NCBI GenBank assembly: GCA_035290865.1
Contig: DATDTM010000027.1
Span: forward strand, 1 to 60,238
Source: Candidatus Nanoarchaeia archaeon
Lineage (GTDB): Archaea > Nanobdellota > Nanobdellia > Woesearchaeales > GW2011-AR9
Direction: 5' to 3'
DNA length: 60,238 bases
The notes beneath the pieces are model-generated. The model saw only the letters and a list, made by a program, of their open reading frames with translations, had not been told where the DNA came from and ran no database searches. The position numbers and the translations under genes are program-made. Below are positions 19,232 to 29,051 of this stretch, piece by piece. How positions within the stretch are numbered: position 1 is the stretch's first letter; each line of letters starts with the position of its first letter.

Positions 19232-19359
19232 TTTTTACCACCTCGATGTTTTAATTTTAATTGTTTACGTCAGAGAACGTAATTTCTCACGCTCTTTTAA
19301 CTTCATTATATCAGTTCTTATTAAAAAGGTTTCGGTTTTTTGAACGGAAAAAGAATAAT

Positions 19360-21798
19360 TTATTTCACAATCCCCACTTTAACTTTAAATCTTTCAGTCT
19401 CTAAAGTAGTCTTGCCTTGGAAATTAATCTCTTTAACCCTCAACACTGCTTTTAGATCTCCAAGGATATTACAAATTGATTCTTGGAAATGGTCTTCAGT
19501 ACTAACTAAAATTAATTCCCGAATCTCGTCCTTCAAAGACATTTTCTGCTCGGATTTAAATTTTCTGACCAGATCAATAATATCTATCCCTAAATCTCCG
19601 GTCAGTTCAGCTTCCTCATCAATTAACTCTTTCCTGAATTCCGGCCAAGAAGAAGTATGGATACTTTTCTCTTCCTCTTTTTGGGCGAAATAAAGCTGAT
19701 AAATTTCTTCACTAATATGGGGCATGATAGGGGCAATCAATTTTAAGATATTAAGCAATCCCCAATAAAGCCCCTGCTGGGCGCTTTTTCTAGCCTCTGC
19801 TCCTCTTTGGGCAGGATTATATAATCTGTCTTTAACTATTTCTAGATATTGGTCGCAGAAAGTATGCCAGAAGAATTGTTCTACTTCTGACTTGGTTCGG
19901 GAATATTCATAACTCTCAAAACTATCTGTACTTCCTTTAATCAATTTCTGTAATTTGCTTAGGAGCCAGCGATCGAATACTTCTATATTCTTTATTTTTT
20001 CATAAGGATTGTAATCATCTAGGTGCAGAAGATTAAACTTAGAGGCGTTCCAGAGTTTGTTAATACATTTCTGGCCGGTTAAAAGGTCTTTTTCCATGAA
20101 GGGAAGATCTTCTCCAAGCTTAGATCCAGCAGCCCAGAAACGTAAAGCGTCTGCAGAATATTTCTGGATCATCAATTGAGGTTCAATAATATTTCCTAAA
20201 GATTTAGACATTTTTCTTCCTTGTGTATCTAGGGCATGGCCGGAAATCATGACGGACTTCCAGGGAATCCGACGATGGTGATACCAGCTTTTGACTAAAG
20301 TATAAAACAGCCAGGTGCGGATGATGTCATGCGCCTGCGGCCTTAAAGAGAAAGGCTGGTCTGCATATTTGTAATCGTATTCTCCCTGATCTTTCCAGTT
20401 GCCGGCGATATCTGGAGTGAGGGAAGAAGTAGCCCAAGTGTCTAATACATCCATTTCTCCGATAAATTCTTTAGAACCGCAGGAGCAAGCTTTTTTCGGC
20501 GAGTGCAGCTGCGGATCTACCGGCAGATCTTTTAGTTCCGGAAGGATAATTTGTTGGCAGGTTTTACAAGTCCAGATCGGAATAGGAATACCAAAATGCC
20601 TTTGTCGGGAGATGCACCAGTCCCAATTCAAGTTCTGGACCCAATGATCGTAACGCACTTTCATGTGCTCTGGATACCAAATAATTTCTTTAGCTGCTTC
20701 TAACAACTCTTCTTTCCGATCTAAAACTTTAATGTACCATTGTTTAGTTTTTAAGAATTCAATCTCTGTCTTGCAACGTTCGTGCACGTTTACGGCATGG
20801 GTGATCTCCTGCTGGCGGAGAAGAAGATTTTTATCTTTCAATTGCTCTAAGATTTTTTTTCTTGCTTCCAGAATCTTTAATCCTTTTAAATCTCCAGCTA
20901 ACTCGTTTAATCTTCCGTTCTTTTCCAAAACCACGCGCAAAGGCAGATTGTAACGGAACCATTTATCTGCGTCTTCTTTATCTCCGAAAGTACAGACCAT
21001 CATCAATCCTGAACCTTTCTCTTGGTCTACGGATTCGTCAGCAAGGATGGGAACTTCATAGTTATATAGCGGAACCTGGGCGAATTTGCTTTTTAGTTTT
21101 GCATAACGCGAATCTTGAGGATGATGAAATAAAGCTACGCAGGCAGGGATCAGTTCCGGGCGGGTAGTAGAAATGATTAAATCTTTTCCTCCGCACTTAA
21201 AGATTATATCATTAAAAGAAGATTTTAGGTCTATGGATTTAAACTCAGCCTGGGCGATGGCGGTCTGGCAGGAGACGCAGAAAGTTCCTGGAGATTCCTG
21301 CTGATAAATTCTTCCCTGCTGGTATAATTCTATAAAAGAAGCTTGGGAAGTAATCTGGCAGTGCTGGTTGATGGTAGAATACGAATGCTGAAAATCTGCA
21401 GACATGCCGATATCTTTCCAGCTCTGGATAAATTTCGGTTTCTCTTCTTTGATCACTTCTTCACAGATCTTGATGAAATCTTTTCGGTCCATGTTCTTGG
21501 AAAGAAGGTTGCGGCTTTTCTCAATCAGTTTCTCTGTGGGCAGGCCATTATCGTCTGTGCCGAAGGGAAAGAAAACGTTTTTTCCTCGCATCCTTTGGAA
21601 GCGGGCGACCATGTCCTGCTGAGAATAGCTGAAAGCATGGCCAAGATGCATTTTCCCTGAGACCGTGGGTGGAGGAGTATCTATGCTATAAGTTTCTTTT
21701 TTAGGGTGAGGATGAAATTCAAAGAGTTTTTCTTTTTCCCAATACTTCTGCCATCGCGGTTCGGCTTCTTTAGGATCGTAATTCTTAGGAAGTTCCAT
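19360..21798 (-). CDS. valS: Valyl-tRNA synthetase (archaeal type)
   Basis: DTPPPTVSGKMHLGH, WDWCISRQR, KMSKS. Confidence 0.97.
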   Translation of the reverse strand: MELPKNYDPKEAEPRWQKYWEKEKLFEFHPHPKKETYSIDTPPPTVSGKMHLGHAFSYSQQDMVARFQRMRGKNVFFPFGTDDNGLPTEKLIEKSRNLLSKNMDRKDFIKICEEVIKEEKPKFIQSWKDIGMSADFQHSYSTINQHCQITSQASFIELYQQGRIYQQESPGTFCVSCQTAIAQAEFKSIDLKSSFNDIIFKCGGKDLIISTTRPELIPACVALFHHPQDSRYAKLKSKFAQVPLYNYEVPILADESVDQEKGSGLMMVCTFGDKEDADKWFRYNLPLRVVLEKNGRLNELAGDLKGLKILEARKKILEQLKDKNLLLRQQEITHAVNVHERCKTEIEFLKTKQWYIKVLDRKEELLEAAKEIIWYPEHMKVRYDHWVQNLNWDWCISRQRHFGIPIPIWTCKTCQQIILPELKDLPVDPQLHSPKKACSCGSKEFIGEMDVLDTWATSSLTPDIAGNWKDQGEYDYKYADQPFSLRPQAHDIIRTWLFYTLVKSWYHHRRIPWKSVMISGHALDTQGRKMSKSLGNIIEPQLMIQKYSADALRFWAAGSKLGEDLPFMEKDLLTGQKCINKLWNASKFNLLHLDDYNPYEKIKNIEVFDRWLLSKLQKLIKGSTDSFESYEYSRTKSEVEQFFWHTFCDQYLEIVKDRLYNPAQRGAEARKSAQQGLYWGLLNILKLIAPIMPHISEEIYQLYFAQKEEEKSIHTSSWPEFRKELIDEEAELTGDLGIDIIDLVRKFKSEQKMSLKDEIRELILVSTEDHFQESICNILGDLKAVLRVKEINFQGKTTLETERFKVKVGIVK

Positions 21799-21881
21799 TA
21801 CTCAAAGAGGAGTGAGAGGTTATTTAAAAAGATGATGGAGAAATTTTTTTAGGGTTAGGAATTGTTGGTCTGAGATTTTTA

Positions 21882-22265
21882 TTAGTACGAGTGAGAATCA
21901 AAATTATAATCATAACAAGCGGGATAATTGGTCCTAGCTCTGTAGCCTGCTTCTCCTAAAGCAAAAACTTGTTTTTCTACACAGTTTGAGGCCATACCCC
22001 CAGAAACCAATACGGTTAATTCAGGATAGGGGGCGGGCAGATCAGCAGGGAGCTGATTCGGGTCTCCGTAAACTTTAAAGTATTCTCCGCAGTTGATAAT
22101 TCTTTGGATGTTTTCCCAAACTGCTCTGGCTTTGGGAGATCTATCTATAGAAGATAGGACTACACCTGGATGTACGATTACGTGGATCTCTTGGGCCATA
22201 ACCACTCTCAGAAGCAGGTAATTTATAAATCTTTCTTTATTTATCACTAAGAAGTGAAGAACCAT
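21882..22265 (-). CDS. Hypothetical protein, possibly a minimal isochorismatase-like fold
   Basis: IHVIVHPG...TVLVSGGMASNCVEKQVFALGEAGY pattern; real start probably the internal MAQE; fold call is inference. Confidence 0.5.
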   Translation of the reverse strand: MVLHFLVINKERFINYLLLRVVMAQEIHVIVHPGVVLSSIDRSPKARAVWENIQRIINCGEYFKVYGDPNQLPADLPAPYPELTVLVSGGMASNCVEKQVFALGEAGYRARTNYPACYDYNFDSHSY

Positions 22266-22277
22266 CCATTTTGACTG

Positions 22278-23708
22278 TCACTCGTTCAGTTTCATCCCCT
22301 GCGCCTTGCTCTCTTCCCAGCCGGCTGAGGTGAGCTGTATCAATTCAGTGTTCTGATGCATCTCCATAATATTCCTAGCACCAGAATAACTCATGGCACT
22401 CTGCACGCCTTTAATGATGCTGTGGATAACATCTTCTACCACCCCTTTGTAATCCATGAGAATAGAGACTCCCTCTACAAAAATATCCAATCTTTCCCGT
22501 ACTTTCTTTCCTTCCTGCAATTCTTTGCGCTCATGTCCAGAATCGTAAGAAGCGCTGCCCATATATTTCTTATAGCGCTTGCCATCTTTCATAATTATCA
22601 TTCCGGGAGCTTCATCCGTTCCGGCAAACAAAAATCCAGAAAAGATACTGCTGGCACCTGCACCGATAGCTTTAGCTACATCTCCGGGGGTTTTCATCCC
22701 TCCGTCAGCGCAGACCGGAATATCAAATCTTTTGGCTACTTCTACTACATCTAATATTGCCGTTATCTGCGGAACTCCGCTTCCGGCGATAATTCTAGTG
22801 GTGCATACCGGAGAAGGGCCGATGCCAACTTTCAGTCCATCTGCGCCGGCTTGAATCAAATCCCGAGCCGCATCAGCGGTAGCAATATTGCCGGCCATAA
22901 TCTCTACATTGGGGAAAGCAGCTTTTAATTCCCGGACTCTTTGAATCGCTAAGTCAGAATGAGCATGAGCGATATCTAACACTAATACATCTGCACCAGC
23001 ATTAATTACAGCTTTGGCTCGCTCTAAAGCATCTTTTACTCCTACCGCTGCTCCTACCATCAATCGGCCTTTAGAATCCCGGGTAGCTTTAGGCCAATAT
23101 TCCAGTTTCTTGATGTCTTGAGTGGTCATTAGTCCTCTTACTTTTCCATTTTCTAAAAGAGGAAGCTTTTCAATGCGATACTTATGGAGAAGTTCTTTAG
23201 CTGCTTCCAAGCTAATACCATATTCTCCCACCACTAATTTTTCTTTAGGAGTCATTACTTCTTTGATTTTACGATTAACATCTTCTTCAAACAGATAATC
23301 CCTTCTAGTAAATATTCCTACTAATTCTTCTCCCTCTTTAACCAGTAAGCTGGTAACACTTTCTTTTTCCATTAATTCCGCTGCTTCTCTGATGGTTACT
23401 TCATGAGAAATGGATAAAGGGTTTTCAATGATATAACTGGTGCTTTTCTTAACTTTATTTATCTCTTCCACTTGTTGTTCAATGGTATCAAATTGATGTA
23501 TTACTCCCAAGCCGCCTTCTCTGGCAAGAGCGATGGCCATCTTGTGTTCAGTTACGGTAGCCATATTAGCGCTGACTAAAGGAATGTTCAGATGGATGTT
23601 GCGAGTGAATCTGGTTTTAGTATCAGCTTCACTTCTGCTGTTTAAAGGGGTTCTTTTAGGCACGAGAAGGACGTCGTTGAAGGTTAGTCCGAGGTGGATA
23701 GGTTTCAT
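22278..23708 (-). CDS. IMP dehydrogenase/GMP reductase family protein with CBS domains (GMP reductase-like)
   Basis: LTFNDVLLVP, SANMATVT, tandem CBS, GIGPSPVCTTR catalytic loop, ADGG; flap region YMGSAS...FVEGVS lacks the Arg-Tyr dyad. Confidence 0.9.
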   Translation of the reverse strand: MKPIHLGLTFNDVLLVPKRTPLNSRSEADTKTRFTRNIHLNIPLVSANMATVTEHKMAIALAREGGLGVIHQFDTIEQQVEEINKVKKSTSYIIENPLSISHEVTIREAAELMEKESVTSLLVKEGEELVGIFTRRDYLFEEDVNRKIKEVMTPKEKLVVGEYGISLEAAKELLHKYRIEKLPLLENGKVRGLMTTQDIKKLEYWPKATRDSKGRLMVGAAVGVKDALERAKAVINAGADVLVLDIAHAHSDLAIQRVRELKAAFPNVEIMAGNIATADAARDLIQAGADGLKVGIGPSPVCTTRIIAGSGVPQITAILDVVEVAKRFDIPVCADGGMKTPGDVAKAIGAGASSIFSGFLFAGTDEAPGMIIMKDGKRYKKYMGSASYDSGHERKELQEGKKVRERLDIFVEGVSILMDYKGVVEDVIHSIIKGVQSAMSYSGARNIMEMHQNTELIQLTSAGWEESKAQGMKLNE

Positions 23709-23822
23709 GGAGCGATATTTAAGTGTAGAAGATGTTTAAATAGATTGTGGGAGTGGAGAGGTAACATCTGTGGGTTGTACTATAGAAATTAATATATACA
23801 TTTAATATTCTAAAAATTAATT

Positions 23823-24413
23823 ATGACTTATTCCTCTCTCCAACAGCGCATCTACGACAATAAAGTACGCCGTGGCTTTAACGTTACAGATGTAGGTAAA
23901 GAGTTGATATTGATGACAGAAGAATTCGGAGAGTTGAATGATGGTTATATTTGCTTGAGAAAGAGTAAAGCTGGTTCTCATGAAAAAATGGTTGATGCTG
24001 TGGGAGACTTGCAGGTTTACAATCTGGGATTAGCTTCCATGTTTGGCTGGAAAGCGGATGAAGTGGCTCATCCTAAATTTAAGTCTGTTGATGATGCTTT
24101 AAAATATTTAAAAGAACCAATTTATGATGATGGTTATGATCATTTCATTAGTGGAATCTGTGGTACTTATCCTGAAATAAGGAATTACTTTCCTTTTGTA
24201 GCCAGAGGATTAGGGCGGCTGGCTAATGCCTACAAGAAAAGCAACAAAGAGCTGGTGGAAAAAATTGACCAAAGGGAGGAGTTTAACTGGATTTTGCACA
24301 AGTTAATGAGATATTGCTCAGATATGTTCAAAAATTTAAAAGTAGAAGAGTTCTCCGTGTTAGAACATATTGTAAAGAATAATGAAACCAGAACGCATGA
24401 AGGGCAGATTTGA
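23823..24413 (+). CDS. MazG-like NTP pyrophosphatase (apparently two MazG-type repeats)
   Basis: LMTEEFGEL...DAVGDLQVY motif; second degenerate repeat ending VKNNETR. Confidence 0.75.
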   Translation: MTYSSLQQRIYDNKVRRGFNVTDVGKELILMTEEFGELNDGYICLRKSKAGSHEKMVDAVGDLQVYNLGLASMFGWKADEVAHPKFKSVDDALKYLKEPIYDDGYDHFISGICGTYPEIRNYFPFVARGLGRLANAYKKSNKELVEKIDQREEFNWILHKLMRYCSDMFKNLKVEEFSVLEHIVKNNETRTHEGQI

Positions 24414-24418
24414 AGCAA

Positions 24419-24889
24419 TTAGCTTTTATTTTTTTGGCGTTTGTAATTACTAAGTTTATTTGTTATCAATGCTATTCCCATCGCAATCGCACCATAACCA
24501 ACAATTAACCATACATATAACAGAGCTTTCTCTATACTTCCCGCTGCGTAGATGTTTTTGGCTTGCAGCAAGAGGGTGATGATAATAAAAGACAATCCTA
24601 ATATTCCTGCTTCACGAAGAGTACGTTTTCTACTGAGTATGGCTACAATCAGTACAGGAATTATCAGATACAGCAATAAAGATATTCCCGCTAGTTTTGT
24701 GTAAGGCGTGTCTGCATAATAAAAATTGGTGACTTCTCCATCCGACATGATTATGGTTTCGTTGGTAGTAAGTTCTTCCTGGTGGTTTTGGAAATAATCT
24801 TTATCTAAACTGCTAGTAAAAGCTTGAATAGCAAAAAATATAGCGGTGACTATCAAAATAATAATTATTGGTTTTAAGAGTTTATTCAT
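24419..24889 (-). CDS. Membrane protein
   Basis: N-terminal TM plus three further TM segments. Confidence 0.6.
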   Translation of the reverse strand: MNKLLKPIIIILIVTAIFFAIQAFTSSLDKDYFQNHQEELTTNETIIMSDGEVTNFYYADTPYTKLAGISLLLYLIIPVLIVAILSRKRTLREAGILGLSFIIITLLLQAKNIYAAGSIEKALLYVWLIVGYGAIAMGIALITNKLSNYKRQKNKS

Positions 24890-25064
24890 AGTAACATTAT
24901 CAAATCTTCCGGGAGATATAAATGTTCACTCAAATATCATCTTCTGCGCCGGGAAAATATAATCTTCACTCATGATGGCGGTTATCATTAAATCCCCCGC
25001 GAAAAGTAATCTCCCCTTCCCCACCACCGCAAACCTTTAAAACTTAGCCTACTCTGAAATACTC

Positions 25065-26273
25065 ATGTCCCTTTTTACCCAAAAATATGCACCCCAAAAT
25101 ACCAGCCAGATTAAAGGACAGCCGAAAGCTTTAGCGGAACTGAAAGATTATATCACTAATTATAAGAATATGACCCACAAAGCTGCTTTGCTTTATGGTC
25201 CAGTTGGCTGTGGGAAGACTTCTTCGGTCTATGCCCTTGCCCAGGAATTAAATTACGAAATCTTAGAGATTAATTCTTCAGATATGCGAAACCAGGAAAA
25301 TATCAAATCTTTTTTAAGTTCAGCCTTGGGCCAGCAATCTTTATTCTTCCGGCCGAAAATTGTTTTAATTGATGAAATTGATAATATTTCGGGAGTGAAA
25401 GATCGGGGATGCCTGCCGGCTTTGATCGAAGCAATTGGAAAATCTTCTTTTCCAGTAATTCTTACCGCTAATGATCCTTTCGACCAGAAATTTAAACCAT
25501 TAATGAAAGTCTGCCAGAAAATTGAATTCCAGAAATTATTATATCCTACCATCGCTAAAGCCTTACAGGAAATCTGCGAAAAAGAAGAAATTAATTTTGA
25601 GGAGAAAGCCTTAAATTCTTTAGCCAGGCAAGTTGATGGGGATTTAAGGGGAGCTTTAATTGATCTACAAGCTTGCTCTTTAGATAAAAGTTTTAGATTT
25701 ACAGATTTAACAGCTTTATCTGATCGGAAAAGAACCCAAACTATCCTAGAAGCGTTAAGAATAATCTTTAAATCTTCTGCAGTTGAAAATGCTCTTCCTG
25801 CTCTGGAAGATGTAGATGTAGACCTGAATGAGGTTTTCTTATGGATGGACGAAAATCTGCCTAAAGAATATCTTGGTCCGAATTCTTTAGCCAGGGCTTA
25901 TGAGCATCTAGCTAGGGCAGACGTGTTCAAAGGCAGGATCAATCGCCAGCAGCATTGGCGTTTCTTAGTATATATTAATAGTCTGCTTACTGCAGGCATA
26001 TCTTCAGCCAAAGAAGAAAAGAATCCTAATTTTGTGCCTTACCGACCAACCATGCGCATCTTAAGAATCTGGCAGGCGAAGATGAAATGGGGTAAGAGAA
26101 AAGAAATTGCTGAAAAATTAGCCTTAGCTACCCATACCTCTACTAAAGTTGCTTTGGAACAGATGGCTTATTTCCAGACTATTTTCTTGAAAGGAAATCT
26201 TCACTTAAGATCGGATTTGATCAAAGAATTGGGTTTAGGTGAGGAAGAGGTAGAGTGGCTGAAGAAGAAATGA
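25065..26273 (+). CDS. rfcL: Replication factor C large subunit
   Basis: KYAP, GPVGCGKT, EINSSD, LIDEID, GDLRGALIDL, LARADVFKGRI. Confidence 0.94.
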   Translation: MSLFTQKYAPQNTSQIKGQPKALAELKDYITNYKNMTHKAALLYGPVGCGKTSSVYALAQELNYEILEINSSDMRNQENIKSFLSSALGQQSLFFRPKIVLIDEIDNISGVKDRGCLPALIEAIGKSSFPVILTANDPFDQKFKPLMKVCQKIEFQKLLYPTIAKALQEICEKEEINFEEKALNSLARQVDGDLRGALIDLQACSLDKSFRFTDLTALSDRKRTQTILEALRIIFKSSAVENALPALEDVDVDLNEVFLWMDENLPKEYLGPNSLARAYEHLARADVFKGRINRQQHWRFLVYINSLLTAGISSAKEEKNPNFVPYRPTMRILRIWQAKMKWGKRKEIAEKLALATHTSTKVALEQMAYFQTIFLKGNLHLRSDLIKELGLGEEEVEWLKKK

Positions 26274-26352
26274 AAAATAAATCTCTTTTTAGGGGATATT
26301 TATGTTCCAGAAACCATAAATGATTATAAACTCTTTTTTCTGCGCTGAGGAA

Positions 26353-26946
26353 ATGACTAAAGAATTTATTGATGCTCAGTCTTTACTAGATGATTCTTAT
26401 CGCTTAGCAGATAAAATTTTGAATTCTGACTTTCACCCGAATTATCTGGTGGCTTTATGGCGGGGAGGTACTCCGGTAGGGGTAGCAGTACAGGAATATC
26501 TGCAATGTTGCGGGGTGAAAAATGATCATATTGCAGTGCGAACTAAAGCTTACACGGGGATGACTGAAGAGTCCACGGTTCGAGTTTTCGGGTTAAGCTA
26601 TTTAGTTAATTCCCTTAGCGCGGGGGATAATTTGTTGCTGGTGGATGATGTTTTTGATACGGGAAAAACCATTGAGGCAGTAGTGGAGGGGCTAAAAAAG
26701 AAAATGCGCCGTAATTTTCCGGAAAATTATCGTATAGCTACCGTTTACTGGAAACCGGAAAAGAATAAGACTGAACTTAAACCAGACTTTTACCTGCATT
26801 CCAAAGATAGAGATTGTTGGCTGGTCTTCCCCCATGAGCTGGAAGACCTAACTGAGGAAGAAATGGTTAGGGCCAAAGGTGCGGAAATAGCGGGGATGTT
26901 ACAGCGGAGAAAAAGTTTATTGGGGGGTCTGGAAAGAAAACTTTAA
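26353..26946 (+). CDS. Purine (hypoxanthine/xanthine-guanine) phosphoribosyltransferase family
   Basis: ALWRGG, LLVDDVFDTGKT PRPP loop, WLVFPHE; likely start ATG 26353. Confidence 0.85.
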   Translation: MTKEFIDAQSLLDDSYRLADKILNSDFHPNYLVALWRGGTPVGVAVQEYLQCCGVKNDHIAVRTKAYTGMTEESTVRVFGLSYLVNSLSAGDNLLLVDDVFDTGKTIEAVVEGLKKKMRRNFPENYRIATVYWKPEKNKTELKPDFYLHSKDRDCWLVFPHELEDLTEEEMVRAKGAEIAGMLQRRKSLLGGLERKL

Positions 26947-26974
26947 TAAATCTGTAATTAAATCTAGATAAATA

Positions 26975-28501
26975 ATGGATAAATCAAAAGAAGTAGGACC
27001 TAAAATTGAGGGTAATCCTAAAGATCTGGCTACCTTCTTCAAAAAGAAAGGTTTTATCTATCCTTCTTCTGAGATTTATGGGGGAGTGGCGGGATTATAT
27101 GATTATGGCCATCTGGGAACTAAACTTAAGAAGAATTTTGAGAATTTATGGAGAACTTATTTTTTAGGGTTGAATGATAATTTCTTTGAGATTGAAACTT
27201 CAGTAATCATGCCAGAAAAGGTTTTTCGAGCTTCCGGCCATCTAGAAAACTTTGTTGATCCATTAGTCAAATGCAAAAAATGCGAATATGTTGAGCGGGC
27301 AGATCATCTGATTGAGAAAATAACTACCAGAAGAGTAGAAGGTTTCTCTGCGGAAGAGTTGAATGAACTAATCCAGAAAAATAAAATTAGATGTCCGCAA
27401 TGTAAGCATGAACTGGATAAAGTTTCAGTACAAAACTTAATGTTTCCTCTACAGATGGGGGCTAATACTAGCAATCAAGCTTATCTCCGGCCGGAAACTG
27501 CCCAGTCACCTTACGTCAATTTTAAACTGCAGTATGAATTACTTAGGAAAAAGCTGCCTTTAGGTTTAGCTTTAATTGGCAGGGCTTACCGCAACGAGAT
27601 TTCTCCTAGAAATCTGACTTTAAGACAACGGGAGTTTACCCAAGCTGAACTGCAGATTTTCTTTAATCCTAATACTCTTAAAGAGCATGCTGATTTTGAA
27701 TCAGTTAAGAATTATCCTTTAAGAACTTTCCTGGAAGAAGATCGGAAAGCGAATAAAGAAGCGGGTAAAGTGGTGGAAAGGACTTCCGAACAGTTGGTAA
27801 AGAAAGGCTTACCTAAATTTTATGTTTATCATCTGGCTAAAATCCAGCAGTTTTATCTGGAAAAATTAAAAGTTCCTAAGGAAAAGTTTAGACTATTCCA
27901 ACTAAACGATCAGGAAAAAGCGTTCTATAATAAATATCATTTCGATCTGGAGATTGAGCTAAGCGAGCATGGCTTTACGGAAATGGGGGGATTACATTAT
28001 CGTACAGACCATGATTTAGTAGGCCATCAGAAAGTTTCTAATCAAAGTATGGAAGTTTTAGATGAAGAAACTCAGCAGAAGTTTATTCCTCATGTACTGG
28101 AATTATCCTTTGGAGTAGATCGGCACGTTTATGCTTTATTGGATCTCGCTTATAATGAAGATAAAGAGCGGGGGAATGTGGTCTTAAAACTACCTACTAA
28201 ACTAACCTCCTTCTTCTGCGCAGTATATCCTTTGGTTAAGAATAAAGAAGAAATTGTAGGTTTAGCTAGAGAAGTTTATGCTGTGATCAAAGATGGCTAT
28301 TCCTGCTTTTATGATGAAACTGCTTCAGTAGGCAGAAGGTATGCCCGAGCAGATGAGATGGGGGTAAAGTATTGTATTACTATAGACTTTGATTCATTAG
28401 AGGATAAAGCGGTTACTATCCGAGATAGGGATACGACTAAACAAGAGCGGGTGAAGATCGCTGAACTTAAGAACAAGCTTTTTGGATTGTATTTCTGGTA
28501 A
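26975..28501 (+). CDS. glyS: Glycyl-tRNA synthetase (alpha2, archaeal/eukaryal type)
   Basis: YDYGHLG, YLRPETAQ, YRNEISPR...RQREFTQAE, ELSFGVDR, GRRYARADE. Confidence 0.96.
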   Translation: MDKSKEVGPKIEGNPKDLATFFKKKGFIYPSSEIYGGVAGLYDYGHLGTKLKKNFENLWRTYFLGLNDNFFEIETSVIMPEKVFRASGHLENFVDPLVKCKKCEYVERADHLIEKITTRRVEGFSAEELNELIQKNKIRCPQCKHELDKVSVQNLMFPLQMGANTSNQAYLRPETAQSPYVNFKLQYELLRKKLPLGLALIGRAYRNEISPRNLTLRQREFTQAELQIFFNPNTLKEHADFESVKNYPLRTFLEEDRKANKEAGKVVERTSEQLVKKGLPKFYVYHLAKIQQFYLEKLKVPKEKFRLFQLNDQEKAFYNKYHFDLEIELSEHGFTEMGGLHYRTDHDLVGHQKVSNQSMEVLDEETQQKFIPHVLELSFGVDRHVYALLDLAYNEDKERGNVVLKLPTKLTSFFCAVYPLVKNKEEIVGLAREVYAVIKDGYSCFYDETASVGRRYARADEMGVKYCITIDFDSLEDKAVTIRDRDTTKQERVKIAELKNKLFGLYFW

Positions 28502-28838
28502 CGGGACACTGTAAAATGATTCATAATGGAGTTCAAAGAGGATTTTTATTCAAAATTAACCTGTGTCAATCGGAAACTGCTCGTGGGGCAGTTTCCTCAG
28601 ACCCTGAATTTTCCAGGCAGATAATCTATCAAATTAGTGAAAAATTCAGATTTTAGAGGCAGGAAATGCTCCAAAAGACCCTATTTTCCCTCGATAATTC
28701 TCTAAAAGAGAGATTTAGCCCATTTCTGGAACTTTGTTCTATCTTTAGAGTTTTGTTATTTGCTAGAAGTGAACTGTTAAAAGCTAGAAATTTAATGGGA
28801 TGGAGCCATAACCTCCCAAAAAACGGTTTGGGGGGGGA

Positions 28839-29051
28839 AAGCCTTGCGAAAGGCTTATAAACGGCGGTGGGGTCTTAAGTTGTAATCTAATCAGAAGTCT
28901 GTCTATAAAATCGAAAAGAGGTATCAAACCTGGGTGCTTCTTTCGGAATTTTTATAGAACTGGACCAAGAGGCGAGAGTTTTTACCTGTTCCATCAGGAG
29001 CGGGAAAAGAGAGTGAATTGATTTTTAACACAGGAGGTGTGTTTTGAGAAA
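28839..29051 (+). promoter_or_regulatory. S-layer gene promoter and long structured 5' UTR
   Basis: BRE/TATA CGAAAGGCTTATAAA (28847-28861) inside inverted repeat AAGCCT/AGGCTT; stem TCTATAAAA 28902-28910 / 28950-28958; SD GGAGG forms the loop of AACACA/TGTGTT. Confidence 0.6.

Noticed and set aside
24920-25030. GC-richer patch before rfcL as an ncRNA
   Set aside because: No convincing stem; more likely a degraded coding remnant
25065-26273. Inteins in RFC-L, ValRS or other core genes
   Set aside because: Protein lengths are normal and no intein splice motifs were seen
28666-28860. 64-aa ORF upstream of the S-layer gene
   Set aside because: No SD, no motif, and it overlaps promoter and hairpin elements
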